Counted from the stretch's first letter, positions 38,701-48,541 are shown. The stretch is DNA of 64,000 nucleotides from Thermoplasmata archaeon (GCA_011620765.1 WOYO01000082.1:8259-72258); one strand, 5' to 3'. The notes: a model not told the origin generated them from the sequence alone. Program-made: numbers and translations.

Positions 38701-39625
38701 CCTCTATCCCAACCATCCTTTTCACATCCTTCAGCTCTCTTCCGCTCAGGATGCCTACCCTGCAACGGGTAGAGAGCGCTTTTAGAATCATTCGCATGCT
38801 CTCTGATAGTATTGCCTTCTCAGGGCTCTCTACTATAGGAGTGAGGGTTCCGTCATAATCAAGAAACACGGCTGGTATACCCCTTCTCAATTGTGCAAAT
38901 ATTGTGCCCATTTTTTCAAGAGCTGGCTCAGGTTTTTTCAGGATGGAGAGCGCGGAGAGATCTTTCACAACCACATCAGCATCCATAAGTCCTTTTCCCG
39001 TGCGGTCTATCCCTATTACAGGTTTGAAGCCCTTTGCTGCCTTAACCCCTGCCAGAGAGTCTTCAACCACCGCGCACCTTTCGGGCAAACACCCTAAGCG
39101 CTTTGCTGCTTCAAGGAATATCCCCCGCTTGTCTGGAGCCTCATCTCCACCGACAACAACGTCAAATAGTTCTATCACCCCTGCCTTCTCCAGGATTTTC
39201 CTGCAGTTTCTGCTCGCAGAAACTGCAGCAACCTTCACGCCCATACGCTTCAGCTCCTTTATGAATGCGATCGTTGAGGGAAACGTTCTCACACCACCCT
39301 CAAGTTTTTCAAGGAACCTTGCATTCTTTCTGTTTCCGATGCCGCACACAGTGTTCTGAGAAAGATCGTTAGCAGGATTACCATATGGAAGGGATATATT
39401 TTTAGATCTAAGAAAGCTCTCAACCCCTTCATATCTGGGCTTTCCGTCTATATAAAGATAGTAATCTTTATCCTCAAAGCCAAAAGGCTCTAAAGTCTCT
39501 TTCCATGCCTCTGCATGAATAGTAGCAGTATCTGTTATCACACCATCCATGTCAAATATAGCGCAATCCTTTATCTCAACATTTTTTTTGATTTCTGGCT
39601 CTTTCGGCTCTTCTGGTATGCCCAT
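35789..39625 (-). CDS. Fusion: HAD beta-phosphoglucomutase-like + trehalose-6-phosphate phosphatase + GH65 glycoside phosphorylase (OtsB1-like architecture)
   Basis: FDMDGVITDT; FLDYDGTLTPI, GDDRTDEDAF; GH65 motifs TLGNGY, GLHGEAY, WDE, GPDEFH, KQADVL. Confidence 0.9.
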   Translation of the reverse strand: MGIPEEPKEPEIKKNVEIKDCAIFDMDGVITDTATIHAEAWKETLEPFGFEDKDYYLYIDGKPRYEGVESFLRSKNISLPYGNPANDLSQNTVCGIGNRKNARFLEKLEGGVRTFPSTIAFIKELKRMGVKVAAVSASRNCRKILEKAGVIELFDVVVGGDEAPDKRGIFLEAAKRLGCLPERCAVVEDSLAGVKAAKGFKPVIGIDRTGKGLMDADVVVKDLSALSILKKPEPALEKMGTIFAQLRRGIPAVFLDYDGTLTPIVESPEKAILSESMRMILKALSTRCRVGILSGRELKDVKRMVGIEGICYAGSHGLEMECDGLNKAIEQPDLKDIENELKRTLGPVKGVLFERKRFSIAVHYRMVDKDVGKVKKGVKEVARNHPELKLSSGKKVLELMPRVDWDKGKALLGFIEKLWINGSKVVPIYIGDDRTDEDAFRAIKGWGISILVGSRKTAADYTLKDTSDVEIFLKALLDNFEEDTWVLRYNGFVPEEEKTREALCTLGNGYFGTRGASPESDFHYPGTYIAGCYNRLKSRIDGKTIENESLVNAPNWLPLTFRIGDKWFDERLFDILDYREELDMKRGLLTRFIRFKDDQNRLTAITEKRLVHMANPHLAALELKLVAENWSGEVELRASLDGRVKNSGVARYQQLNNTHLKPVKSRSNGEIISLQVETNQSHIRIAEAARTRITKDGKPVDVRRKDEKDRGSVSQSFSVNIRQGESICVEKTVSLFTSRDRAVAESMMAAEKEVRAAECFQKLLERHVLAWEHLWRRCNLEVVNNKRTMQILHLHIFHLLQTMSVHSIDMDAGVPPRGLHGEAYRGLIMWDELFIFPFINLRIPDITRALLMYRYRRLPEARRSARNAGHKGAMYPWQSGSDGREESQRIHLNPLSGRWRDDNTWLQKHINIAIAYNIWQYYQVTGDLHFLSYYGAEMLVEISRFWASIAKNIHGRYEIHGIMGPDEFHDRYPGAEQPGIDNNAYTNVMVAWTLCRTLDALKLLSDERREALEEDLGITPEEKELWENMSYRMKIPFHGDEIISQFDRYGTLEEFDWDLYRKKYRNLQRLDRILEAEGDTTNRYKLSKQADVLMLFYLLSEDELKNMFNRLGYQLNREIICKNIDYYMKRTSHGSTLSRIVHSWVLAKYSKERSWQLFREALESDISDIQGGTTSEGVHLGAMGGTVDLIQRGYTGMETRGEMLWFDPNLPEELKMLEFNLLYRQHNIRVHIDKENLIISASPSNAAPIGIVFKGAVVDLGPGETRSFPLSSWSKSLF

Positions 39626-40006
39626 ACTTTAGAAATATAACTTCACACTATTTATAGCCTCCGCCGCTCTGCCAGGAATGCAGCAAAAGGGTTTTGGAGC
39701 ATTTTCCTCCACAGAGAAGCCTCCCTCTTTATATCTATACTGGGAAAAGTTTTGGTGAAAATGAGGTAACTATTCTTCCTTCCTCAGATGCTCTTTGAGA
39801 TCCTTGAAGAAAGATCTTTACTGTGCCCATTTCTCAGAAAAGAGGCAAAGATCTCAAGCTCAGGATCTTCCTCAAAGCCTCCGACACATAGCCAGGGGGT
39901 TATTTGCTTGAGCACAGATTCATTTGTCAATCTCTCATAACTCACCTTGCGAGTGTTATCCTACTCCTCCTTCTGTGGCCAGAGATCTCTTGGCGGCTTG
40001 AGAAAG

Positions 40007-42733
40007 TCAGATTCCATTCTCAACGAGCTTCAGTTTTATTATCCCTTCAATGTATTCGACAGCGTTCTTTGCGTTCTCTGCAGGAACACTTCCCTGAGCA
40101 AGATTCGCTCTACCTCCTGCTTTTCCACCAAACCTCTCCACTTCTCTGAGCAGCTCTGCACAGTTTATATCGATCTTTTCATTTCTTGCAACAGCTATGT
40201 TACCAAAATTATTTGCTATTATGGCCACAACTCCATCTCTCTCAGCAAGGGCTGTTGCTTCCTTGACTATGCCCTTAGCATCAAGTTCATTCACGTCTTT
40301 GAACACCTTTATGTTATCTACCTCTTCCGGATTAAGTATCTTTATCCTCTCACTTATAACATATTCGGTTAGTCTTTCAATGCTCTTTTTCATATCTTTC
40401 CACTCTGCAAATAGCCTTCCAGCAACCCTTTCAAGGTGCTCCTCTTTTGTGTTGAATGTGCTACAAAGGGATTCTATCAGCCTTTCCTTTTTTTCAAACT
40501 CCTCAAGTGCGCTGTCTGCAACTGCAAACTCTATTCTTTCGACTCCATCCTGGACCCTCTCTGTGCGAAGGATCTTTATCCAGCCTACTTCTCCAGTCCG
40601 CTGACAGTGTGTGCCTGCGCATGCCTGCGCATCTATGGAATCTATTGTGACAACCCTTATCTCATTTCCCTTTGGCACGCCACCTTCATAAAGAACGAAA
40701 CCATACTCCTGTTCAGCCTCATTCCTCTTCATGAATCTTGCTTCTACTGGCAGATCTGATAGAACTATCTCATTTGCCCTTTGCTCTATTCTTTCCAGAT
40801 CATCGCGCGCAATGCGCCTGTAATGGGTTATGTCAAGCCTGCTTCTTTCAATCCCTTTCTGCGCTCCATGTTGCCAAACATGTTTTCCCAGTAGCTCCCT
40901 TGCTGCAGCCAGAATTATATGAGTGGCTGTATGATTTCTCTCCAGAGCTCTTCTTCTTTTTTCATCAACCAGCCCAGAAACAATGCTGTCTTCCGCAGCC
41001 CCTAGATCCTTATCTGTATGATGGATAACAACTCCATTCACCTTTTCAACATCCAAAACATTTACCTCTCTGCCATCAGAGCTTAAAACACCTATATCGC
41101 TAGGCTGCCCACCGCCTTCAGGATAAAACAAAGTTCTATCCAGCACCACCTCTTTTCCTTTGCATCTCAGAACCTTTGCCTCAAATTCATACTCTCTCGG
41201 CTTATCATAAAAAAGGAGCTCTGTTGGTTTGAGATGGTATTCTTCTTTTTCTTTTCCCCCCTTCTCTTTTTCTATCCCCTTCTCACTTGAGTGCATCTGT
41301 GCGATCAGAGAATAAAAGTTATCAGGTATCTCAACGTCCACAATCGTTTTGACCACTTCGGGTGGTATGCCATAAGTGTCATAAAATCTCATGAGCTCCT
41401 CTATAGTGGCATTACCTCTAACCTCTCTCTTCACCATTGCTTTACCTTTCTCTATTGTTTCTTCATACTTTTTCTCTTCAATGTCTATGATCTCCCTGAT
41501 TCTCTCAATGTCCTCTCTGTATTTTTTAAGCCTCTCATTTATGTGCCTCTCAACCAGATCACTCAGGCTTACGTCTATGCGGAGATCCTGGAGTATCTTT
41601 AGACTTCTCCTTATCATGAGCCTCACAAGATACCCTGCTTTCGTGTTGCTCGGCACAATGCCATCACCGAGCATAAGAGCTATGCACTTTGTGTGGTCGC
41701 AGATTGTGTATACCTTCTCTATAGGCTCCATTATCCCTGCTATCTGCTCAGGTTCTATGCTATACCCGAGGAGTTTAAGTCTATTGGAGCACTGCTCTCT
41801 GAATAGCTTTATGTTTGTGCTGGCACTCATTCCCCCAGCCAATCTGGAGCTTTCTTCAACAATAGCTGCTGTTTCTTCATCGTTCATATCAATGCCAGCT
41901 TTAGTTAGAAGATCATCTATCATCTGGGGGTATATGGCATTGTATACCGTTGGGGTGCCCTGTGATGCCCATGCAAGTCGCTCTAAACCATAGCCTGTAT
42001 CAACTATGCGCATATCCATAGGCGTGTAGCGCTCCCCCTCTATGACTGTTGTGTCTTCATCTGATTCATTGGCTAACCTGAGGCTCATAAAAACCAGAGT
42101 AACAAGCTCCAGACCATGGCTGAGAACCTCAAGAGCTGGACCTGCGTTCCCTCCTCCACTCCAGGGGTTCTCTTTATACGTAACAAGATCCGTATCAACA
42201 CCTATACTTTTAAGAAAACCATCGCAGTACGCAACTGTTTCGTTTATCCAGTATATCTTCTTTCTTTTATAATTAAAGGCATGGTGGGCCATCATCTCAA
42301 AGTTGGTGAGATGCCTCCCGCTTCTGCCCACGGAGTCTAAATCATTCAGCCTTATGCAGGGCTGGGAGATGCAGAGCGGGTTTGCTGGTGGCTCACATTC
42401 CCCGCTGGTCACATTGGGTTGAAAATCAGCTATGCTTGCTATTGTGAGAAATATATCATCCCTCCACCTTGCTATCACAGGATAGCTTTCTATCCTTTTG
42501 TGGCCGTTTTTCTCAAAAAAGGAGAGGAAAGCCTCTCGCATTTCATCAACACTGTATTTTTTCTTGGTGATCGGATTGCCTATAAAAGAATATTCAACAC
42601 AGGGTGAATCACCGCACAGCTCCTGTTCTTTGTTCTTTGTCCAGAACGCGCTACCACAGCTTTTACATTTCTTGCGCACATAGCCATTCTCTTTGAAGAA
42701 AGGTATTCTGTAGGCTCTCTCGAGATCCACCAT
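40007..42733 (-). CDS. alaS: Alanine--tRNA ligase (archaeal type)
   Basis: ASIADFQP, FEMMAHH, DTGYGLER, HTATH, ACAGTH editing domain, DHHA1 tail. Confidence 0.97.
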   Translation of the reverse strand: MVDLERAYRIPFFKENGYVRKKCKSCGSAFWTKNKEQELCGDSPCVEYSFIGNPITKKKYSVDEMREAFLSFFEKNGHKRIESYPVIARWRDDIFLTIASIADFQPNVTSGECEPPANPLCISQPCIRLNDLDSVGRSGRHLTNFEMMAHHAFNYKRKKIYWINETVAYCDGFLKSIGVDTDLVTYKENPWSGGGNAGPALEVLSHGLELVTLVFMSLRLANESDEDTTVIEGERYTPMDMRIVDTGYGLERLAWASQGTPTVYNAIYPQMIDDLLTKAGIDMNDEETAAIVEESSRLAGGMSASTNIKLFREQCSNRLKLLGYSIEPEQIAGIMEPIEKVYTICDHTKCIALMLGDGIVPSNTKAGYLVRLMIRRSLKILQDLRIDVSLSDLVERHINERLKKYREDIERIREIIDIEEKKYEETIEKGKAMVKREVRGNATIEELMRFYDTYGIPPEVVKTIVDVEIPDNFYSLIAQMHSSEKGIEKEKGGKEKEEYHLKPTELLFYDKPREYEFEAKVLRCKGKEVVLDRTLFYPEGGGQPSDIGVLSSDGREVNVLDVEKVNGVVIHHTDKDLGAAEDSIVSGLVDEKRRRALERNHTATHIILAAARELLGKHVWQHGAQKGIERSRLDITHYRRIARDDLERIEQRANEIVLSDLPVEARFMKRNEAEQEYGFVLYEGGVPKGNEIRVVTIDSIDAQACAGTHCQRTGEVGWIKILRTERVQDGVERIEFAVADSALEEFEKKERLIESLCSTFNTKEEHLERVAGRLFAEWKDMKKSIERLTEYVISERIKILNPEEVDNIKVFKDVNELDAKGIVKEATALAERDGVVAIIANNFGNIAVARNEKIDINCAELLREVERFGGKAGGRANLAQGSVPAENAKNAVEYIEGIIKLKLVENGI

Positions 42734-42823
42734 ATAGATGGAGTGGTGTGCATTCTATTTAATTTTTTTTCGCAGCAGGAATCGAATACTGAAAATATTT
42801 TTAGTTAAAATGCGATAACACTT

Positions 42824-43672
42824 ATGGACTTTAGATCTGCTGAAAAGCCGGAAGGTGAGGGGGGAGTGCAGTATCACATAGCATGCAAGCCCGGAGATCT
42901 CTCGCGCTATGTTCTTTTGCCAGGGGACCCCGGGAGAATTGCAAAGATTATGGCTCTATGGGATAATGGGAAGGAGATAGCGTTCCATAGAGAGTACAGG
43001 AGCGCTACAGGGATATACAGGGGCACAGAGATATCAGCATGCTCTACAGGCATAGGATCTCCAAGCACAGCCATAGCCATAGAGGAGTTAGCAAATATTG
43101 GGTGTGATACATTTATAAGGGTTGGAAGCTGTGGGGCTATAAAAGAAGGGATAGAGTGCGGGGATATGATCATAGATGTTGCCGCTGTCAGACTTGAGGG
43201 CACTAGCAAGCAGTATGTGCGAACAGAGTATCCTTCATTCTCAAGTTATGAAGTTACTTTAGCTCTTATAGAAGCATGCGAATCTTTAGGTTTAAGATAC
43301 CATCTTGGCATAACCGCATCCACAGACTCCTTTTATCCTGGTCAGGGCAGGAAAGGATATAAGGATTATTCGACCAGTGAGAGCGAGAAGCTGGTAGAGG
43401 ATCTCAGGAGAGCTGGAGTAACAAACTTTGAAATGGAGGCTTCTGCCCTTTTTGTTCTCTCTTCCATCTACGGGCTCAGGGCTGGTTGTATCTGCACAGT
43501 TTTCGCGGATAGACTGGGAAATACATTTAAGACGGAGGGAGAGGAGGATGCTGCAAAGGCTGCATGCGAAGCTGTTAAGATATTGAAGGAGTGGGATTCT
43601 TTAAAAGAGAGGAAAGGGAAGAAGCATTTCTTTCCTTCTTTGAACCGGGAAACGAAAATAAGAGGTGAATAA
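42824..43672 (+). CDS. udp: Uridine phosphorylase
   Basis: LPGDPGR, STGIGSPS, RVGSCG, FYPGQGR, FEME. Confidence 0.9.
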   Translation: MDFRSAEKPEGEGGVQYHIACKPGDLSRYVLLPGDPGRIAKIMALWDNGKEIAFHREYRSATGIYRGTEISACSTGIGSPSTAIAIEELANIGCDTFIRVGSCGAIKEGIECGDMIIDVAAVRLEGTSKQYVRTEYPSFSSYEVTLALIEACESLGLRYHLGITASTDSFYPGQGRKGYKDYSTSESEKLVEDLRRAGVTNFEMEASALFVLSSIYGLRAGCICTVFADRLGNTFKTEGEEDAAKAACEAVKILKEWDSLKERKGKKHFFPSLNRETKIRGE

Positions 43673-44919
43673 TGGAAGACATAGGAGCAAAACCCGTAGA
43701 GAAAAGAACCTCAAGTGCTGTTGATAGTTTTGTTATCTGGCTTATGGGTGGCATAGCGATGACAACAGCGCTTGTGGCGAGCTTTACATACTCTATGGGT
43801 GTCCTTGGTTTAGCCCTTGTGTGCGTCGCGGTGCTTGGGATAGGGGGCATAATGGCAGCGATCTGGGAGGAGCTTGGCAGAAAAACAGGGCTTCCTGCGC
43901 TAACAATAAGTCAAAAAACCTTTGGAGCATCAGGAACAGCACTCTTGGCTATGATATTCGCTCTATTGAATGTTGGCTGGTTCGGTATAAACACAGAGGT
44001 TCCCGCTGTGATGCTGGAGTCATATTTTGGTCTCCCTGCTCCACTCTGGTCTCTGCTGCTGGGTGTATTGCAGATCGTTATAGTCCTTCTGGGATTTGAA
44101 GTGATAAAAAGCTTTGATTATATAAGCTTAGTAATCATATTGATAGGCTCTATTGTTATGGTTTATGAGGGCTTTGTTGTTGAGGGTGTTAGCATAAGCC
44201 TTTCAGGCACGATAGACGCAAGGTCTTTTGCTGTAGCCCTGGAGTCGGCTGGAGCTTTTTCACTTGTGGCATGGTGCTATAAGATACCCGAAACCTCAAG
44301 GTTCTGCAAAAAGGATGGAAAGCCATGGGTATACGCTATTGCCCCCTCTCTGGGGGTGGTTCTGGGCTTGTTCCTCTTCGGAATCCTCGGGTTCATTTCC
44401 ATAGCCTCTACAGGATCGCTGGATGGTTGGAACATCTTTCTTTTAGGAAAAAGCATGGGGGCTATAGGTGCTATAATCGCTGTGACTGCCATAGTAGCCA
44501 ATGCCAATACAAACATAATCAACCTGTATCCTGCTGTAATGCAGTTTCTCTCAGGTAGTGAGGCCCTGGGGAAAAAGGTGAGGCAGCCCATCGTTTCTGC
44601 AGTCATGGGAGCGATAGGAACTGTTTTAGCTATGAGCGGGATATTGAGCAGGGTAACGGATTTTCTGAATGTTGTGGGCTCTCTCGTAGTGCCGTTTTCT
44701 TTTGTTGTCTTTGTTGATCTCTTTATTTTTAAGAACAGGAGCAAGAAAGGAGCGTATTCATCTCTTCTACCGCTGATCTCAGTTTTTGCTGGTTCTGCGG
44801 CAGCGCTCTTATCTTCCAACGCAAGGTTTCTCATACCATCATGGCTTGTTGGAGGAATGGTTTCAGGGGTGATGTACTTAGTTATAGGTGGTATACTCTA
44901 TCGGAGCAGCAGCTATTAG
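43672..44919 (+). CDS. NCS1-family nucleobase/nucleoside (cytosine-type) permease
   Basis: About 12 TM, GWFGINT motif, coupled to udp. Confidence 0.8.
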   Translation: MEDIGAKPVEKRTSSAVDSFVIWLMGGIAMTTALVASFTYSMGVLGLALVCVAVLGIGGIMAAIWEELGRKTGLPALTISQKTFGASGTALLAMIFALLNVGWFGINTEVPAVMLESYFGLPAPLWSLLLGVLQIVIVLLGFEVIKSFDYISLVIILIGSIVMVYEGFVVEGVSISLSGTIDARSFAVALESAGAFSLVAWCYKIPETSRFCKKDGKPWVYAIAPSLGVVLGLFLFGILGFISIASTGSLDGWNIFLLGKSMGAIGAIIAVTAIVANANTNIINLYPAVMQFLSGSEALGKKVRQPIVSAVMGAIGTVLAMSGILSRVTDFLNVVGSLVVPFSFVVFVDLFIFKNRSKKGAYSSLLPLISVFAGSAAALLSSNARFLIPSWLVGGMVSGVMYLVIGGILYRSSSY

Positions 44920-46001
44920 AGTTTTTTCACGAAGTCATCTATGTGATCCCTGGCCTTTTCTCTCTTTTTTCTGTGCTCTGTGAGAAAAGAATTCACCTTT
45001 TCTGCCAGCATAGCCTTGCACTCCCCACATAGTAGAGAACCACTCCTGCACCTGTCGTGGATACCTCTAACCTTGCTATCATCAGGCTCGAAGAAGAAAT
45101 AGTAGTATGAATAAACAGCACAAACCTCAGGATTCCCGCCGTGAAGACGCTGCTCCTTTACAGTGGCTGCTCCGCCTGTGAACGCATTCATGATCTTTTT
45201 TCTCACCTGTTCTTCATCATCGGTTGTGAAGATGCTCGATTCGGGTGAGGAAGAGCTCATCTTTTCATTGCCGGTGAGAGAAGGCAGGAGCTTGCAATAG
45301 ATTGAAGCAGGCTTCGGATAGCCCAATGGCTCTGCGACATCTCTCGTAACCCTGAAGTGAGGATCCTGGTCTATAGCGCACGGTATGAGGCATCTCACGC
45401 TCTTCTTTTCAATTTCGCTCAGCAGAAATGCTGGAGCTGACTGGATGCTTGTATAAAATATAGAGCCTATGTTTGTTGATGAATCAAAACCGAAAACAGC
45501 TTTAGCTGTAGAGAATGTAACCCTCTTGGCAACCTTTATTGCGATAGGATAGAGAACATTCATGTTATCGGTGTCCAGAAATATTGTCGTCTTCTCTGGA
45601 TCAAAGCCAAGAGCTATTATGTCTAAAGCATTATCATAGGCAAGCCTTTTTGTATCCTCCAATGATAAATCCTCATTAAAGAGGAATTTCTCATCATCAG
45701 TCAGCTGAAAATAGAGCTCCGTACCCCACTCCTTTTGAAGAAAAAGGTTAAACACCCATGGTAAAAGGTGTCCTATGTGTATTTTCCCTGAGGGCCCCCT
45801 GCCCGTATAAAGATAAAACTTTTCCCTTGCATCTATTATCTTATCCAGATCTCTATGGGCATAAAAGATCCTGCGCCTGAGCATAAAGTGATCTGGCAAC
45901 TTTTGCAAAAGCTCATCCGTTATCTCGCTCACTCCAAACTCTTCTATCAGCTTCTGATAGTCTATCTTCCCGCTGACCTCCCAGGGGGTTACTTTGAACA
46001 T
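44916..46001 (-). CDS. trpS: Tryptophan--tRNA ligase
   Basis: VTPW, YTGRGPS..HIGH, AIDQDPHF, KMSSS. Confidence 0.96.
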   Translation of the reverse strand: MFKVTPWEVSGKIDYQKLIEEFGVSEITDELLQKLPDHFMLRRRIFYAHRDLDKIIDAREKFYLYTGRGPSGKIHIGHLLPWVFNLFLQKEWGTELYFQLTDDEKFLFNEDLSLEDTKRLAYDNALDIIALGFDPEKTTIFLDTDNMNVLYPIAIKVAKRVTFSTAKAVFGFDSSTNIGSIFYTSIQSAPAFLLSEIEKKSVRCLIPCAIDQDPHFRVTRDVAEPLGYPKPASIYCKLLPSLTGNEKMSSSSPESSIFTTDDEEQVRKKIMNAFTGGAATVKEQRLHGGNPEVCAVYSYYYFFFEPDDSKVRGIHDRCRSGSLLCGECKAMLAEKVNSFLTEHRKKREKARDHIDDFVKKL

Positions 46002-46969
46002 TAAACCTTAAACCTCTCGCACTTTATGTAATTTATCTCGCTGCCAACCGAAGCGAATAACATTTTTTTCTTAACTGTGTGAGCTACCCGGGAGGCCCTG
46101 CTTATCTCATTCCATGCAACTCTTGAGCCCTCTTTAAAACTGTGAACAAGATATGGAGCATGTATATCATCAACCCTGAAATCATAGACTCTGAAGTGCG
46201 TCCCGTACTTGAATCCTGTCTTTGGTTCATAGCCTTTATCCATGAGATCTTCATAAACCGAGTATGCAAGCTCAAAATCTTTCTGTTCTTTTTTTGCTGC
46301 TTCAAGAAAGTCATCACACCCATAGAGCTCAAGTGCGCCCTTCTTCATGAGGTAATAGGTTTCATAGAGTGAAAGCTCATATATGTTTGAGAACAGCTCT
46401 CCGAAATGCTCTATCGCATTTTCAGCGAAGATCCTGCCACCTGTGAGGTAGGCGCTCATTCTATCCTCTATTTCTCTTCCATAGTTCTGGGGTTTAAAGA
46501 GAGATAGTCTGTATGCGGTTATGTCGCACTCTTCGTCAACAATGCACACTATAAAAGATCTCTCTCTCTTGAGAAGATTTATTATGCTGCGAAAACTGAA
46601 GCGCTCACGCTCTGAAAAAACTCTGATCCTTATCGAGCGCTCCCCCCTAACAGCCTTCATTATCCTGCCAGGTTTTACTCTATAACCTCTCTTTTTCAGC
46701 TCAATGTAGACCACAGCTCTGTCCTCTATGCCCTTTTCAATCTCTGAAGCCTTTATGAGAAAGTGTAAAAGATCCCCAGAGAGCTTTCTGTGCTCAATAA
46801 GGTAAGCAGCCTCCTCAAGCTCCAGATCGAGCTTACCTTTTTTCATCTTTCCAAAACCTTCGCTGCTCAACCTCTGGGCTGTCTCTTCATCATAAACCCT
46901 TAACTTTTTACCGACGAAGTGTTTTTCTTTTTCACCCTCATTTCCGAATTTATCCGCGTTTAATTTCAT
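46001..46969 (-). CDS. endA: tRNA-splicing endonuclease, two-unit (alpha2) type
   Basis: Duplicated EndA unit; catalytic C-unit KTGFKYGTHFRVY...HAPY...RVAHTVKK; start likely ATG 46969 (322 aa). Confidence 0.9.
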   Translation of the reverse strand: MKLNADKFGNEGEKEKHFVGKKLRVYDEETAQRLSSEGFGKMKKGKLDLELEEAAYLIEHRKLSGDLLHFLIKASEIEKGIEDRAVVYIELKKRGYRVKPGRIMKAVRGERSIRIRVFSERERFSFRSIINLLKRERSFIVCIVDEECDITAYRLSLFKPQNYGREIEDRMSAYLTGGRIFAENAIEHFGELFSNIYELSLYETYYLMKKGALELYGCDDFLEAAKKEQKDFELAYSVYEDLMDKGYEPKTGFKYGTHFRVYDFRVDDIHAPYLVHSFKEGSRVAWNEISRASRVAHTVKKKMLFASVGSEINYIKCERFKV

Positions 46970-47012
46970 GTTCTTTCTCTCCTGCCCTTTATTGCCCTCT
47001 CCAGCACATTGC

Positions 47013-48128
47013 TCATATTTTTTTATAATCTTGTGATTTTTCAAATACCTCGCGGGCAACCTCTTCTCTCTTCTCTTTTGGAGCATAAACGACAAGTTTG
47101 TAGTGATCCTTCTGAGCTTTCATAAGACTGTCCGCAAGTGTGGACACCTCGCCTATCCTCCTTTTACCCTGGGCTGTCATAACCTCAACATCCATTTCAC
47201 GCCAGATTGGTGGTTCTATTATATCTACTATGGCTTCCTGGGTTATGGCACATACTTTATCCTGTATTTCTTTCATCATTTTCCTGTTTTCATGGTCGTG
47301 TGTGAAGGTATAGGCTATTTTGTAGAGATCCCTTCTTTCAATTCTTTTCCAAAGCTTATTTTTTCTTGCTCTCAGGAGTGCTATCAAAGAGATATCATCC
47401 ATTCCCATGAGGTTTTTCATATCATTATTCATCTCTTCTTCTATAGCTTTTTCCAGCATGACTGCAGCGAGCCTTACAGTGTGGTGATAATAGACAGTGG
47501 GATACATCAGGGATCTGAAAACAAGTATGGATTCCACTGTGGCAATGCAGTTTTCATCAACAACAACCTTATTTTTAAGGATCTTTGTGCCTGTGAGCAG
47601 TCTTCCAATATCTATGTGCCCGAAATTTGCACCTGTATAATATGAATCCCTCATAAGATAGTCAAGTCTATCCACATCAAGAGAACCTGAGAGCAAACAC
47701 CCATAGGGTGGTTTCCCCCGTATAGTGTCTGTTATCCTTTTGGGATCAAGTCCTGTATCGTCCAGTATATCTCTGAGTTCACTGTCCTCAATAATGGCGC
47801 ATGATGCCTCAACATGGTTATAACCCCTCTTTTTAGCCACAGAGTCAGAAATGTGTGAGAAAGGTCCATGCCCGATATCATGCAAAAGCGCTGCGGCCAT
47901 AAATTCTTCTCTATGCTTTATGCATAGAGCATCAGCAAAGCTCTTGGCTAGATTATATGCGCCCAGAGAGTGCTCAAAACGCGTGTGGTTTGCTCCCGGG
48001 TAAACAAGACCTGCAGTGCCCAATTGCTTTATGTATCTAATCCTCTGCACATAAGGGCTATCCACAATTTTTACGAATGGGTCTTCCAGAAGGATATAGC
48101 TATGGATAGGGTCCTTTATTCTTTTCAC
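47013..48128 (-). CDS. HD-domain phosphohydrolase (SAMHD1/dNTPase-like)
   Basis: HTRFEHSLG, LHDIGHGPFSH, DVDRLDYL.RD. Confidence 0.9.
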   Translation of the reverse strand: MKRIKDPIHSYILLEDPFVKIVDSPYVQRIRYIKQLGTAGLVYPGANHTRFEHSLGAYNLAKSFADALCIKHREEFMAAALLHDIGHGPFSHISDSVAKKRGYNHVEASCAIIEDSELRDILDDTGLDPKRITDTIRGKPPYGCLLSGSLDVDRLDYLMRDSYYTGANFGHIDIGRLLTGTKILKNKVVVDENCIATVESILVFRSLMYPTVYYHHTVRLAAVMLEKAIEEEMNNDMKNLMGMDDISLIALLRARKNKLWKRIERRDLYKIAYTFTHDHENRKMMKEIQDKVCAITQEAIVDIIEPPIWREMDVEVMTAQGKRRIGEVSTLADSLMKAQKDHYKLVVYAPKEKREEVAREVFEKSQDYKKI

Positions 48129-48256
48129 AAGTGTTATGTTTTTTGCTATATATTAAATTAAAGCTTTTCCTATCTTCTGTAACACATTTTTGTTGTTTGA
48201 GCCTGTGATCTCTGGAGTAAAGTAAAAAAGAAATATGAGGTACCCTTTTCACCTAT

Positions 48257-48541
48257 GTGAGCATAAAGAGACTTGTACTTGACGTCTTAAAACCACATAC
48301 ACCGGGGGTAATAGAGCTAGCAGAAGAGCTGAGTAAGATCCCTGAGGTTAGTGGAGTAAACATATCTCTTTCCGAGGTGGATCAGGAAACAGATACCGTA
48401 AAGATTGTTATAGAAGGCACGGCAATAGATTATGAAGAGGTCAAAAGCGTTCTTGCCGCTTTTGATGCTGTGGTGCACTCTGTAGACAATGTTGCTGCGG
48501 GCCAGAGGATAGTTGAGGATGTGGAAACCCCTCAGGATTAG
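48257..48541 (+). CDS. DUF211-family protein
   Basis: IKRLVLDVLKPH...VVHSVD. Confidence 0.85.
   Translation: MSIKRLVLDVLKPHTPGVIELAEELSKIPEVSGVNISLSEVDQETDTVKIVIEGTAIDYEEVKSVLAAFDAVVHSVDNVAAGQRIVEDVETPQD

Noticed and set aside
39961-39963. In-frame TAG as possible pyrrolysine readthrough
   Set aside because: A second (TGA) stop follows, the product is unrecognisable, and no pyl genes are in the window
42788-42805. Imperfect palindrome ACTGAAAATATTTTTAGT upstream of udp
   Set aside because: AT-rich promoter context makes chance symmetry likely; no second copy seen
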